The position numbers were made by a program, and so were the translations under genes. The notes beneath the pieces are model-generated. The model ran no database searches, was not told where the DNA came from, and worked only from the letters and a program-made list of their open reading frames with translations. From the NCBI RefSeq assembly GCF_000014265.1, contig NC_008312.1, positions 2,936,607 through 3,000,606 on the forward strand: a stretch of DNA of 64,000 bases, given 5' to 3'. The DNA comes from Trichodesmium erythraeum IMS101 (GTDB lineage Bacteria; Cyanobacteriota; Cyanobacteriia; Cyanobacteriales; Microcoleaceae). This document shows, in pieces, positions 33,101-42,415 of this stretch; the stretch's first letter is position 1; each line of letters begins with the position of its first letter.

Positions 33101-33808
33101 ATAAATAGTCAACTCCACTGGTCAGTAGACTGGCTTTTTCTTCACCATACTGCTAAAAATATTGCTACTATTATTCAGTCTCTTCATAGTCAGGATTATG
33201 TTATTGGAGATATGAAGCCACAAAATATTCTAGTTAACCGATATGCTTCTGCTTCAATAATTAATACAGACTCATTTCAAGTTCGCCATCCTCAGACAAA
33301 AGAAATCTATCATTGTTTAGTTGGTTCCGAAGAATTTACCCCTCCTGAACTATTAGAAAAAGAATTAGCAAAAATTGTTCAAACTCCTACCCATGATAAC
33401 TTTAGATTAGCCCTTATTATCTATCATTTATTATTTGGAGGACATCCCTTTAAAGGAAGGTGGATAGGAACAGAAGAGCCACCCAAAATTGATGAACTCA
33501 TCCGACTAGGTTTCTGGTGCTATGCTCCCAATAGTAAAATTCTACCAGGACCGAGAACTATTCCCCTTGAAATAGTTCACCCCAAAATTCAAAAATGCTT
33601 CCAAAAATGCTTCAACGATGGACACTATCATCCAGAAAAACGACCCACTCCTCAGAACTGGGTTGACGCTTTAGAGAGTGCCATTAATGATTTAGTACAG
33701 TGTAAAAGAGTTGATACCCATTGGTATAGTAAAACTTATGGCAAATGCTATTGGTGCGAAAGAGAAGAAAAATTAGAGGTTGACATATTTTCTGATTCCA
33801 AAACATAA
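30194..33808 (+). CDS. Multidomain signalling protein: N-terminal module + 4 tandem ~80-aa beta-repeats and SPFH/flotillin-like region + vWA domain (MIDAS) + Hanks-type Ser/Thr kinase domain (non-RD) + Cys/His cluster
   Basis: Repeats: (C/E)(N/D)NFQD..AF...GGQ.GKQLAIL..G.Y.IN..(I/F)F four times, then a flotillin-like block HFEIFVQFTQIIRIAAENAPKMICMVGYYTGEDK...FLNTRGDSQKEAENYIKTLLE and a Glu/Ala-rich coil. vWA: ILLLDTSYSMSGEAI (DxSxS) ...ITDGQPTD. Kinase: VAYKP (beta3 Lys), IGDMKPQNILV (catalytic loop), DSF (for DFG), FTPPE (APE). C-terminus KCFQKCFNDGHYH...CKRVDTHWYSKTYGKCYWC. Confidence 0.8.
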   Translation: MPSEFEKVLDEIRKRSSKYEDIGDVKREIINALSQRYKTQERLFTHYVLEKGGFDIRKLTLSDPLLVIISDFFNQCNGLNKNELYKFFRVLYDENKGISLLKEIRDTLVQFKHQSTDTPTYTPSPYISVITSEAIGLVEAKYGQSLEQGKNFAKKVDCNNFQDVQAFFNNGGQAGKQLAILEPGTYYINPEIFTIRTVPIIRILQGEIGLVIANEGTFKSDEQTLGRVVECDNFQDAEAFLKNGGQKGKQLAILTDGDYKINTDFFSVITTTNAYKYNENPNNLKVYKIDKDKIGILTTMVGKILPKGEIAGPIIEGHDNYQNAQKFLDLGGYKGLQEEVLQEGAWSLNPWFVEVEQVPLTRIEQEEVGVVISFVGKEYDKNYDQQPIFYGAEKSLYQLVPKGYKGVQKEPLTAGQYAINTRVKTVKLVPTTQIILNWSDQKKHPLNYDYELKQMKLISRDHFEIFVQFTQIIRIAAENAPKMICMVGYYTGEDKIYVTDDSGQVVKKYAVIRNLVSRVLTKVVYSHFQQAATGKTAIQFLNTRGDSQKEAENYIKTLLEMIGVEGCGTFMVDTVNLPLVVDSYLQEKQKQEAREAQAKAAPERLLEPEFVENPEQRLPEPEFVENPENRCPIILLLDTSYSMSGEAITELNQGVKIFQASVKEDELASLRVEIAVITFNSEIEVVQDFVTVDKFIPKTLEASGVTHMGKAIEKALELLEKRKQDYKNSDIQYYRPWIFLITDGQPTDTWQDAAKKIEEAETNRKLLFFAVGVRDADMETLSEISVCPPKKLNGLDFQSLFKWLSFSLQQVSVSKIGEKNRLPPTNAWEEITSKNQNTKQTQQTQQKTTIPNSDPNPEPIIPILVLDRDIFKDQRIKSNSEGEIWITQKYRYRKKYLIKIYYEVTPARIKKLEVMVAYKPKNFHGSQQAWAWPEYLLADKTGKIIGFVMEFIEDSKLLFNIYNPQRRKQINSQLHWSVDWLFLHHTAKNIATIIQSLHSQDYVIGDMKPQNILVNRYASASIINTDSFQVRHPQTKEIYHCLVGSEEFTPPELLEKELAKIVQTPTHDNFRLALIIYHLLFGGHPFKGRWIGTEEPPKIDELIRLGFWCYAPNSKILPGPRTIPLEIVHPKIQKCFQKCFNDGHYHPEKRPTPQNWVDALESAINDLVQCKRVDTHWYSKTYGKCYWCEREEKLEVDIFSDSKT

Positions 33809-34231
33809 CATTCCCTTGAAAAATTGCTTCAAAATAAAAAGTGGAAAGAAGCTGATTTAGAAACTAAATATATTATGCTAAAGTTTGCAGGAAGAATTGA
33901 TCAAGGATGGTTAGATAAATCATCCCTAGAAAATTTCCCGACTAAAGTTATTCTTCAAATAGATCAACTTTGGCGACAATATTCTGATGAACGTTTTGGC
34001 TTTGCTACACAGAAGCGTATCTATTTAGAAACTGGTAATAAATTAGAACAAATAAATTGGGAAACCTATAATCATTTTGGTGAAAAAGTTGGTTGGCGAG
34101 AAGGGGGAATGTGGAAAAATTACTTCGATCTAGAATTTTCTCTGAATTCACCAGAAGGTCATCTTCCATTCTGTTGTGCTGGTTTTAATGTTTGCTTCAT
34201 TGCTCATCTAGCCCTTCTGAAAGACTTATGA
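33809..34231 (+). CDS. GUN4-like porphyrin-binding domain ORF, in the same frame as and separated by a single TAA from the upstream kinase gene
   Basis: LLQNKKWKEADLETKYIMLKFAGR...ILQIDQLWRQYSDERFGFATQKRIY...FGEKVGWREGGMWKNY...LNSPEGHLP matches the GUN4 domain consensus (W.eAD.eT...IDqLW..S.GrFGF..Q..I...VGW...W....AP.GHLP). 30194 and 33824 are both frame 2, with only the TAA at 33806-33808 between them. Confidence 0.65.
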   Translation, partial: HSLEKLLQNKKWKEADLETKYIMLKFAGRIDQGWLDKSSLENFPTKVILQIDQLWRQYSDERFGFATQKRIYLETGNKLEQINWETYNHFGEKVGWREGGMWKNYFDLEFSLNSPEGHLPFCCAGFNVCFIAHLALLKDL

Positions 34232-34648
34232 TCATCTACATGAATCTTTGATTTTCTCTAAATAATCAGTTCTATTCCTGCTTCACCTCGGCAACCTCAG
34301 CGTTCTCTCAAAATCTATAATTTTCTATATAAACTTTCAATTATAGTTATCGTAGTGGAAAATCTTCATATCTTAGGAAGAATATCATATCCGAATCATC
34401 AGTGATCAAAAAGTTTTTGTTTGTAGTAAAGCGATCGCCTTATTCGCCGTAAGTGCTAATTCTCTCCTCCTGCTTTCTGCCTCCCGCCTTACCTCCTCCA
34501 AAGTGTAAGTATTGAACCTAGAGAGCGAATGCCATGTAGAGGGCGAATGCTAGAAAACCCCCACTAGATATGGGGTTTGTGTGTAAGCCCTATAAATTAA
34601 CTACTTATTTGACTCTTAACCACAGACAAATAGTAATAGAAGACTTAA

Positions 34649-34840
34649 ATGTATCGGGAATCTCAAACTGTTGATTTGTGTTGCAGTCTTTACTGTTATC
34701 AGAACTTGTTTTCAATTGCAAACACTGCAATTAAAGCTCGTGAGCGATACTTGAATGCAGCCTTAAATTTAGCTACAGTTAGTCAGTTCATTCCGTGTGC
34801 CTGTGAACTAGATCGCACCGACATTGCCAGAATAAAGTAG
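34649..34840 (+). pseudogene. Possible TnpB C-terminal fragment (Zn-finger/RuvC-III relic)
   Basis: DLCCSLYCYQNLFSIANTAIKARERYLNAALNLA resembles C..C...(A/H)D.NAAiNI of TnpB. 63 aa only, with no upstream TnpB body. Confidence 0.3.
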
Positions 34841-34992
34841 GAACAAAAATAGATCAAAAATCAGATAATGATAGATTTTATGAATTTTTTGTAGATTTCT
34901 GGGAACGGAATGAACTTGCCAAAATTGTGGTGCACACCATGACCGCCAGACACTAAATTAAAATTATAGCGCTAGTCTTTCGGTAATTTTAG

Positions 34993-35484
34993 CTAGCCAC
35001 CATAATTCCAGCCTGTATTTTCTAATAACAGAGGATCTCCCTCACGATGCACACCTGCTGCAATTACTTCTCCTACATACACAGTATGATCCCCTTTTTC
35101 GACAGCACCCATAACTCTACATTCAACATAGCCAAGAGTATCAGAAATAATTGGACAACCAGTTTCCCCCAAATAAAATTCTACCTCTTCAAATTTATTT
35201 CCCACACGACGTTGAGGTTTGAAAAACTGTTGAGCTAAATCTTTTTGCTCTGCTCCTAAGAAACTAAGGGAAAATACTCCACTAGTCTTAATCATGGTAT
35301 GGGATATAGAAGATTTATTAACACAGTTAACAATTAGGGGAGGCTTAAAAGATGCTTGCATTACCCAACTAGCTGTAAAGCCGTTTACTTCATCCCCATC
35401 TTTAACACCACAAATGTATAATCCATGGGGAATTTTACGCAGTATAGTTTTTTTTGCCTGTTCGTCTAGCAAAGTTTTACCCAC
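34993..35484 (-). CDS. Flavin reductase-like (FMN-binding split-barrel) protein
   Basis: LYICGVKDGDEVNGFTASWVMQASFKPPLIVNCVNK...GDHTVYVGEVIAAG is typical of the NADH:flavin oxidoreductase/HpaC-like family; 163 aa. Confidence 0.8.
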   Translation of the reverse strand: MGKTLLDEQAKKTILRKIPHGLYICGVKDGDEVNGFTASWVMQASFKPPLIVNCVNKSSISHTMIKTSGVFSLSFLGAEQKDLAQQFFKPQRRVGNKFEEVEFYLGETGCPIISDTLGYVECRVMGAVEKGDHTVYVGEVIAAGVHREGDPLLLENTGWNYGG

Positions 35485-35964
35485 TATGTACTAAGAATTT
35501 AACATTTTTTATTTTACCTGAAGTGATTAAAATTCATCTTACACTAAACATTTTCAGCGCTTACCCATACTTCACATAAGGACCCCATTTTTAGGAATGA
35601 ATCGCATTTGTCCTCACGGTCATTACATAGCCGTGGGTAAGTCTTAATATTAGGATTTTAAAATTAAACTAATATCATACCTTAAAGTCTATTATCAACA
35701 AGAGCCATAAACTAGAGCTTATTGATAGTTGCCAACTTTAAAAAATAGATAACAAGTTTTGTGGTATAATAAAAAATTTTATTAACTAATTAAATATTTT
35801 TAATTACACATTTTTGAGTTATAAACTCTAAATATATTGTGGCACTATAGTTTTGATAATTCCTATATAGTTGATTTACACTTATGTATTTGTGAGTCAG
35901 GCAGAAATTTCGTACTCATAAAATAAAAACCGCTATAAATTCTAACCACAACAATAAATATCCT

Positions 35965-37788
35965 ATGTCTTCCCTAAACAAATTGATCCAAAAATTCACT
36001 CATCACAAAAATTGGCCCTTCAGATTAATAATATTAACAATTGCTTCAATAGCGATCGCCTGCAACAACATCAAAACCCCCACCACAACCTCAGAAACAC
36101 TCACCGCTCCCGAAACAGATACTTTAGTTTGGGCTAGATATAAAGACTCCGACACCCTTGACCCCCACAAAACAACATCACCCTTATCCAGACAAATAAT
36201 AGACCAAATCTACGATACCCTGCTTACTTTCGACGACCAAGGCAAAATTCAACCTAACCTAGCCAAAGAATGGTCAGTCAACGACAATGGCCAAGAATAT
36301 ACCTTCAAACTCAACGAAAACATCAAATGCCACGACGGCAAAACCTTTAACGCTAATGCCGTAAAATTTACCATAGACAGAGCCATAGACCCCGAAACAG
36401 AAAATAACATCAAAGACAGTTGGGGGCCAATAGAAACAGTAGAAGTCGTAGACGATCTGACAGTTAAAGTAAAAATGACTGAACCCTTTAGCCCTTTTCC
36501 TCGTTTTCTAGCCGACCCTTACTCTAGCATGATTTGTCCCTCAGCCATAAAAACTTACAACAACAAATTTGGTATAGACGGAGTCATAGGTACAGGTCCT
36601 TTTGAATTTGTAGAATGGACTCAAGGGGAACAACTTGTACTGAAAGCTAACCCAAACTACAAAAATTATGGGAGACCCGTAGAAAATTCTGGAACTCCTT
36701 ATATCAAGAAATTAGTAATAAAAACCATTCCGGAAATAGAAGCTCGTTTAGCAGGTATTAATTCTGGAAAAATTCATTTAACTGAACCTCCAATAGCAGA
36801 AATTTCTAATCTAAAGCAAGACTCTAATTTAAAACTTTATACTGCTAAAAATACTGGGCAAATAGTATTTTTAGAATTCGTTACTTCTCGAGCGCCTTTC
36901 AATAAAAAAAAGGCAAGACAAGCAATAGCTTATGGAATAGATGTGAAAAAAGCAACAGAAGAAATCTTAGCAAATTTAGCTAAACCTGCAGAATGTCCCA
37001 TCGTCAATGTTATGTTCCCTAATGATGGTAAACTTTGTTCAGAGTTTAGTATTAAACCAGACCCAGAAAAGGCAAAAACCCTACTAAAAGAACTTGGTTA
37101 TAGTAAAGATAAACCATTAGAAGTAACTCTCCTAACTTGGAAAGGAGGAAACCGTGAAAAAATCCTCGAAAATTTTCAAACTCAACTAAAAGTTGTGGGA
37201 ATAAAAGCCAATTTAGAGACAATGGATATTGGCAGTCTGAATGCCAGAATAAAACAGGAGAATAGTCAAGCAGAAGGCAGAGGTGTTATTGATATGATGG
37301 GATGGTCTTGGTACGACCCAGATTTTCTTTATAAATTGTGGCATTCTCCCGGTTGGATGGGAGGTTATCACAGTGATGAACTTGATAAATTACTAACAGA
37401 AATGCGCACTGCAACTAATTCTAAAGAACAGCAAGAAAAAGTTGTGGCAGTTCAAAAATATTTGCTTAATAATGCTGTGATGGTGCCACTTTATAGTCCT
37501 GGTTGGATGTGGAATTATGTTAGTAGTTTGAATGTAGAAGGTTTTAATATTGGAGCTTTTAATCGACCTTTATTTAATGATATAAAATTATCGACTACTA
37601 CGGAAAAAAAAGAAGGATTTCAGTCTCCTGCAAGTTCTGAAAAAGAAGTAGTAGAGGAGAAAATTAATTCAGAAAAAAATATCAAAAATAAAGATTCTGT
37701 CTCTGAAAAAGAAGTAATAGAAGAGGAAGTTAATTCAGAAAAAAATATCAAAAATAAAGATTCTGTTGCTTCTCCAGAAAATGAATAG
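35965..37788 (+). CDS. ABC transporter substrate-binding lipoprotein, family 5 (peptide/nickel/opine-binding, DppA/OppA-like)
   Basis: Lipobox IASIAIAC. The SBP_bac_5 core is LVWARYKDSDTLDPHKTTSPLSRQIIDQIYDTLLTFDDQGKIQPNLAKEWSVNDNGQEYTFKLNENIKCHDGKTFNANAV. The C-terminal low-complexity tail has a duplicated SEKEV(V/I)EE.(I/V)NSEKNIKNKDSV. Confidence 0.85.
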   Translation: MSSLNKLIQKFTHHKNWPFRLIILTIASIAIACNNIKTPTTTSETLTAPETDTLVWARYKDSDTLDPHKTTSPLSRQIIDQIYDTLLTFDDQGKIQPNLAKEWSVNDNGQEYTFKLNENIKCHDGKTFNANAVKFTIDRAIDPETENNIKDSWGPIETVEVVDDLTVKVKMTEPFSPFPRFLADPYSSMICPSAIKTYNNKFGIDGVIGTGPFEFVEWTQGEQLVLKANPNYKNYGRPVENSGTPYIKKLVIKTIPEIEARLAGINSGKIHLTEPPIAEISNLKQDSNLKLYTAKNTGQIVFLEFVTSRAPFNKKKARQAIAYGIDVKKATEEILANLAKPAECPIVNVMFPNDGKLCSEFSIKPDPEKAKTLLKELGYSKDKPLEVTLLTWKGGNREKILENFQTQLKVVGIKANLETMDIGSLNARIKQENSQAEGRGVIDMMGWSWYDPDFLYKLWHSPGWMGGYHSDELDKLLTEMRTATNSKEQQEKVVAVQKYLLNNAVMVPLYSPGWMWNYVSSLNVEGFNIGAFNRPLFNDIKLSTTTEKKEGFQSPASSEKEVVEEKINSEKNIKNKDSVSEKEVIEEEVNSEKNIKNKDSVASPENE

Positions 37789-39015
37789 GAAGTATAAGTT
37801 TTTCCTTGATTTGATTAAATAAATAATTTAGGGTTTGCTGATTAAATCTAAAAGCATTGACAGATAAAGGCACTTGCTTTTTTGGGGATGAAAAAAGTGC
37901 CTAGTATCGCATCTAAAACCCTCAAAAAGTTAATATTTTGGACAGAATAATTGCATAAAAATCAAAGGACAAAATATCCGACCACTTCTCCTATAATACT
38001 CTTGAGTTGTTTTTCTAATACATATTTTAAGATTGCTTTTCTTCGCGGGTGGGTAGTCTGAGATCAAAAATGTATAGGTTGAAGGACTATAATGTTGATT
38101 AGTCTTGTAATTCTTACTTTGATGACCCTTGATGAATGTATGAATTGAATATACAGACTTTTAGAGAAATGAGAAATTAGTGTAATACTAAATCTGGTTT
38201 AGACGGGAGCTTTATTCTCAACGTAAGGCAGAGGAAAAAAGGACTTATGCTGAAAGATTAGAAAATAATTTTAAATATTAGCTTTTGATCACTGGATATG
38301 GTATTATTTACATATATGGTATTCCTAAATTTGCTTGTTCCACTAGGAAAAATAGTTAGGATTGGGAAATTTTCAAATATTTAAAAGCTTGTATAGTAAG
38401 CTTTACAGGATTTTATCACTGAACAACAGAACAGAACAACACTTCTTCATTGACTCTAATTTTGGTTTGAGTCTTTTCTTCTGCTTCTTGAGTACAGCTT
38501 ACTTTACTAGTACTTTATTTTTGAAAAATTGTATGTAATGACTTTTGAAGTGCTTATGTAGTTAAGTCAGATTAAGGGTAATAGTCTACAAGCAGTTATT
38601 TTTGCAGTTAGGCTCCTGAAAGTGAACGAGGAGATTTAATCATCAATATTACTAAATCTGCATAATAACTATTAAGGAAGGAAAAGGAACATTAATATTG
38701 TTATGAATCATAGTTTATGTAAAATAATAAAATACATAGATAAATATGGTAAATAATTAATAATAAATAACTATATCTAATATGGTAAAGAGCACAAAAA
38801 AAATAACTATCTAAAAGATTTGTGTTTCGCTTCCCAAAATGAAACACAAATCCTAGCTGCTGCTATGTAAGTCCTTTAAACATAGTTATATTAAGTATTG
38901 GATAATTTTTAGAGATGTTTATTATAAAAAAAACCTGATAGTTAAATCAAAATTACTATAAACCAGGAGTTAGAAGTTATTCTAGCTCCCAAGCTATAAA
39001 AACTTCATAATTAGA

Positions 39016-39984
<969 letters not shown>

Positions 39985-40957
39985 TTAACAATGAAAAATG
40001 TGCTGACTATGATAATCTTTAACAATACCAGAAAACCAGTCAGTTATAGATGATACACCTACCAATATATCTCTTTGAAAACTTTTTTTCATTTTGCCTT
40101 AGAGCAATAACCCTAATATGGCTTGTGAATAGTTTGTTATCTTAGTATATTTTTACACCCTGTATAGTTTTATGGAAAGACGTAATAGAAATAATTGTAC
40201 AAGTATAGTTTCTACTTGCTGTTTACGAGTTTTGGAATCTCTATAAGCTTCAATTCCCGAATATTATCAATAGGTTAATATTTTTTGATATTAATCTATA
40301 GTTTTAAATCTCACTTCAAAAGCTCAACTCTTCCTAAAGGCCATATGATTCTAGTAAAATGGACTAAAGTTAAAATATCCAACGAGAATATTCACAATTC
40401 TCATTCTTACTTATTTTGTTAGCTTTAACAAAAACTAAGTAATTATAACCAACCTCAACTTAATAATCATAACATAAAATTACCCAATAAAGGAAATAAT
40501 TTTAACTTAATGTCAGTTCTTGATTAGAATTGGAGAAGTGACATGCTGAAGAAAAGAAAGGAAATAATTTAGCTACCTCTCCATATGATTAATTATAGAT
40601 GCTTTGTTTTGTCATGTCGATGATTGTTATCAACAACTTTCCGCGTAGTGAGAATTGGCTATTATTGATGTCTTTCAAGCCTAATAGTGTTTCAAAACCT
40701 AGCACAAAGAGGCCATACTTCAATTGATTGATTTGGTTTTTTTTCTTTCTGACTTCATCTGGTTGTTAATGAACCAGAAGCTTATAGTTTATTAACAAAA
40801 GCTATAAATCATGTTAAAAATAGGATAAAATCGCTTAATTATAGCATGATTATTTGCAAAAAATGCACTAACTTATAAACCTTCTTATTGGATCTTCTTG
40901 ATCCCAAACATTCCATTATCGAAACAGTTATTGATTGAAAAATCTTAAGAATATTTT

Positions 40958-40989
40958 TCAAATAAAAACTCGCCCGTCCATCGGGCGAG
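40958..40989 (-). terminator. Rho-independent terminator for the minus-strand small gene 41206..41478
   Basis: On the minus strand: CTCGCCCG-atgga-CGGGCGAG followed by TTTTTATTT; an 8-bp GC-rich stem. Confidence 0.65.
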
Positions 40990-41205
40990 GCTTTAAAGCT
41001 AATACTAAATCCGGGTATAAATCAGGCTTGTCCCATAGCCCAATACCTTATTTAGCAAAGGCTATAACTTTTAAAAATATCCTTTCACTAATGTGAATTT
41101 AGTATTATTTCTAGTTAAGTATTGTAAATTATCAAGGGTAAATCAAATTTGACATTTGCAAGAGGCGTAATCCTTATTTAGAAATTTAAAAAGTAGGAAA
41201 CAGCC

Positions 41206-41478
41206 TCAGCGTCCACTACCACGATGAGGGATAAGATCCTGATTATCTTGCCCAGAAGTAGGAATTATACTGAAAAATTTATATTTTTTTCGGATACCTT
41301 CTCCACTAGGAACAGTTTCTAAATCTCCATGATTGTTTACAGCATTGCCTCTACCTGCGTGTTGTGTTAAAAAATTTGCAGATAATTCAAGTTCATTTGC
41401 AGTCATCAAAGCTTGGCTACTAGAAGTATTACCAAGTAATAATAAAAAAGAGATAATGATAGGCGTATAATTTTGCAT
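41206..41478 (-). CDS. Hypothetical small secreted protein (90 aa) with an N-terminal signal peptide
   Basis: MQNYTPIIISFLLLLGNTSSSQA is signal-peptide-like. A terminator hairpin lies 220 bp downstream. Confidence 0.4.
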   Translation of the reverse strand: MQNYTPIIISFLLLLGNTSSSQALMTANELELSANFLTQHAGRGNAVNNHGDLETVPSGEGIRKKYKFFSIIPTSGQDNQDLIPHRGSGR

Positions 41479-41865
41479 AGGTTACGTCCGTCTGAGAGTG
41501 TCTACTTTCTGATACGGACTGTTAGGAACAAATCAGGATAGTTAGGAAATAATTTGTCAGTTCAATATATAGAAAAGGCTGTAGTGTACAAAGATATTGA
41601 GAGAAATTTTTATCAGGAGTAAATATTAACTTAGAACTTAAATAAATCTAAAGATTATTGCAATTAGCCAGTAAAATTTAAAAGTTTATTCCCATAATTA
41701 TCGGGTGTTTTACCATTAGATAGTAAATAAAAATATCAAGAACTGAATGGCCAAAAAAATATTGTTTTCTGGCAAAAAATTTGGTTAGACAATATGTATT
41801 AACTACTAATTCACAAATACAGGTAAAATATAACTTTAGTAAAAACTAAAAAAAATCAAGCTAAA

Positions 41866-42393
41866 ATGGAAAAAGGATTTATTCTGTGGTTTACGGGGTT
41901 AAGTGGAGCTGGTAAAACAACTATCAGCAAAATTGTGGCAGAAAAATTAAAACAAAGAGGTCGGAAAGTAGAAATATTAGATGGGGATATAGTCAGAGAA
42001 AACTTATCAAAAGGGTTGACTTTTAGCAAAGCGGACCGAGATATAAATATCCGGCGCATCGGATTTGTAGCTCATCTCTTAAGCAGGAATGGAGTAGTGG
42101 CGATAACTGCAGCAATTAGTCCTTACAAAGCAGTACGCAATGAAATTAGAGAAATGGATGAAAATTTTATAGAAGTTTATATCAATGCACCTTTAGAAGT
42201 ATGTGAACAACGTGATGTTAAGGGGTTATATGGTAAAGCTAGGGCTGGAGAAATTAAAAATTTTACCGGTATTGATGATCCTTACGAACCACCAAATAAT
42301 CCAGAAATTACTTGTTGCACAGATAAAGAAAGTTTAGATGAAAGTGTAGCTAATGTAATTAGTAGTTTAGAAAAACTAGGTTATTTGGTTTGA
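41866..42393 (+). CDS. cysC: Adenylylsulfate (APS) kinase
   Basis: GFILWFTGLSGAGKTTI P-loop, RENLSKGLTFSKADRDINIRRIGFVA, 175 aa: a canonical CysC. Confidence 0.9.
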   Translation: MEKGFILWFTGLSGAGKTTISKIVAEKLKQRGRKVEILDGDIVRENLSKGLTFSKADRDINIRRIGFVAHLLSRNGVVAITAAISPYKAVRNEIREMDENFIEVYINAPLEVCEQRDVKGLYGKARAGEIKNFTGIDDPYEPPNNPEITCCTDKESLDESVANVISSLEKLGYLV

Positions 42394-42415
42394 AATTAGA
42401 GCAAGGGAGTGATCA

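Noticed and set aside
35047-35494. Plus-strand ORFs 35047..35238 and 35294..35494
   Set aside because: Antisense to the flavin reductase gene.
35560-35641. 8-bp inverted repeat CTTACCCA...TGGGTAAG with a 66-nt spacer, between the flavin reductase and SBP genes (possible riboswitch or sRNA)
   Set aside because: The stem is too short and the loop too long to call a structure. No recognisable riboswitch consensus.
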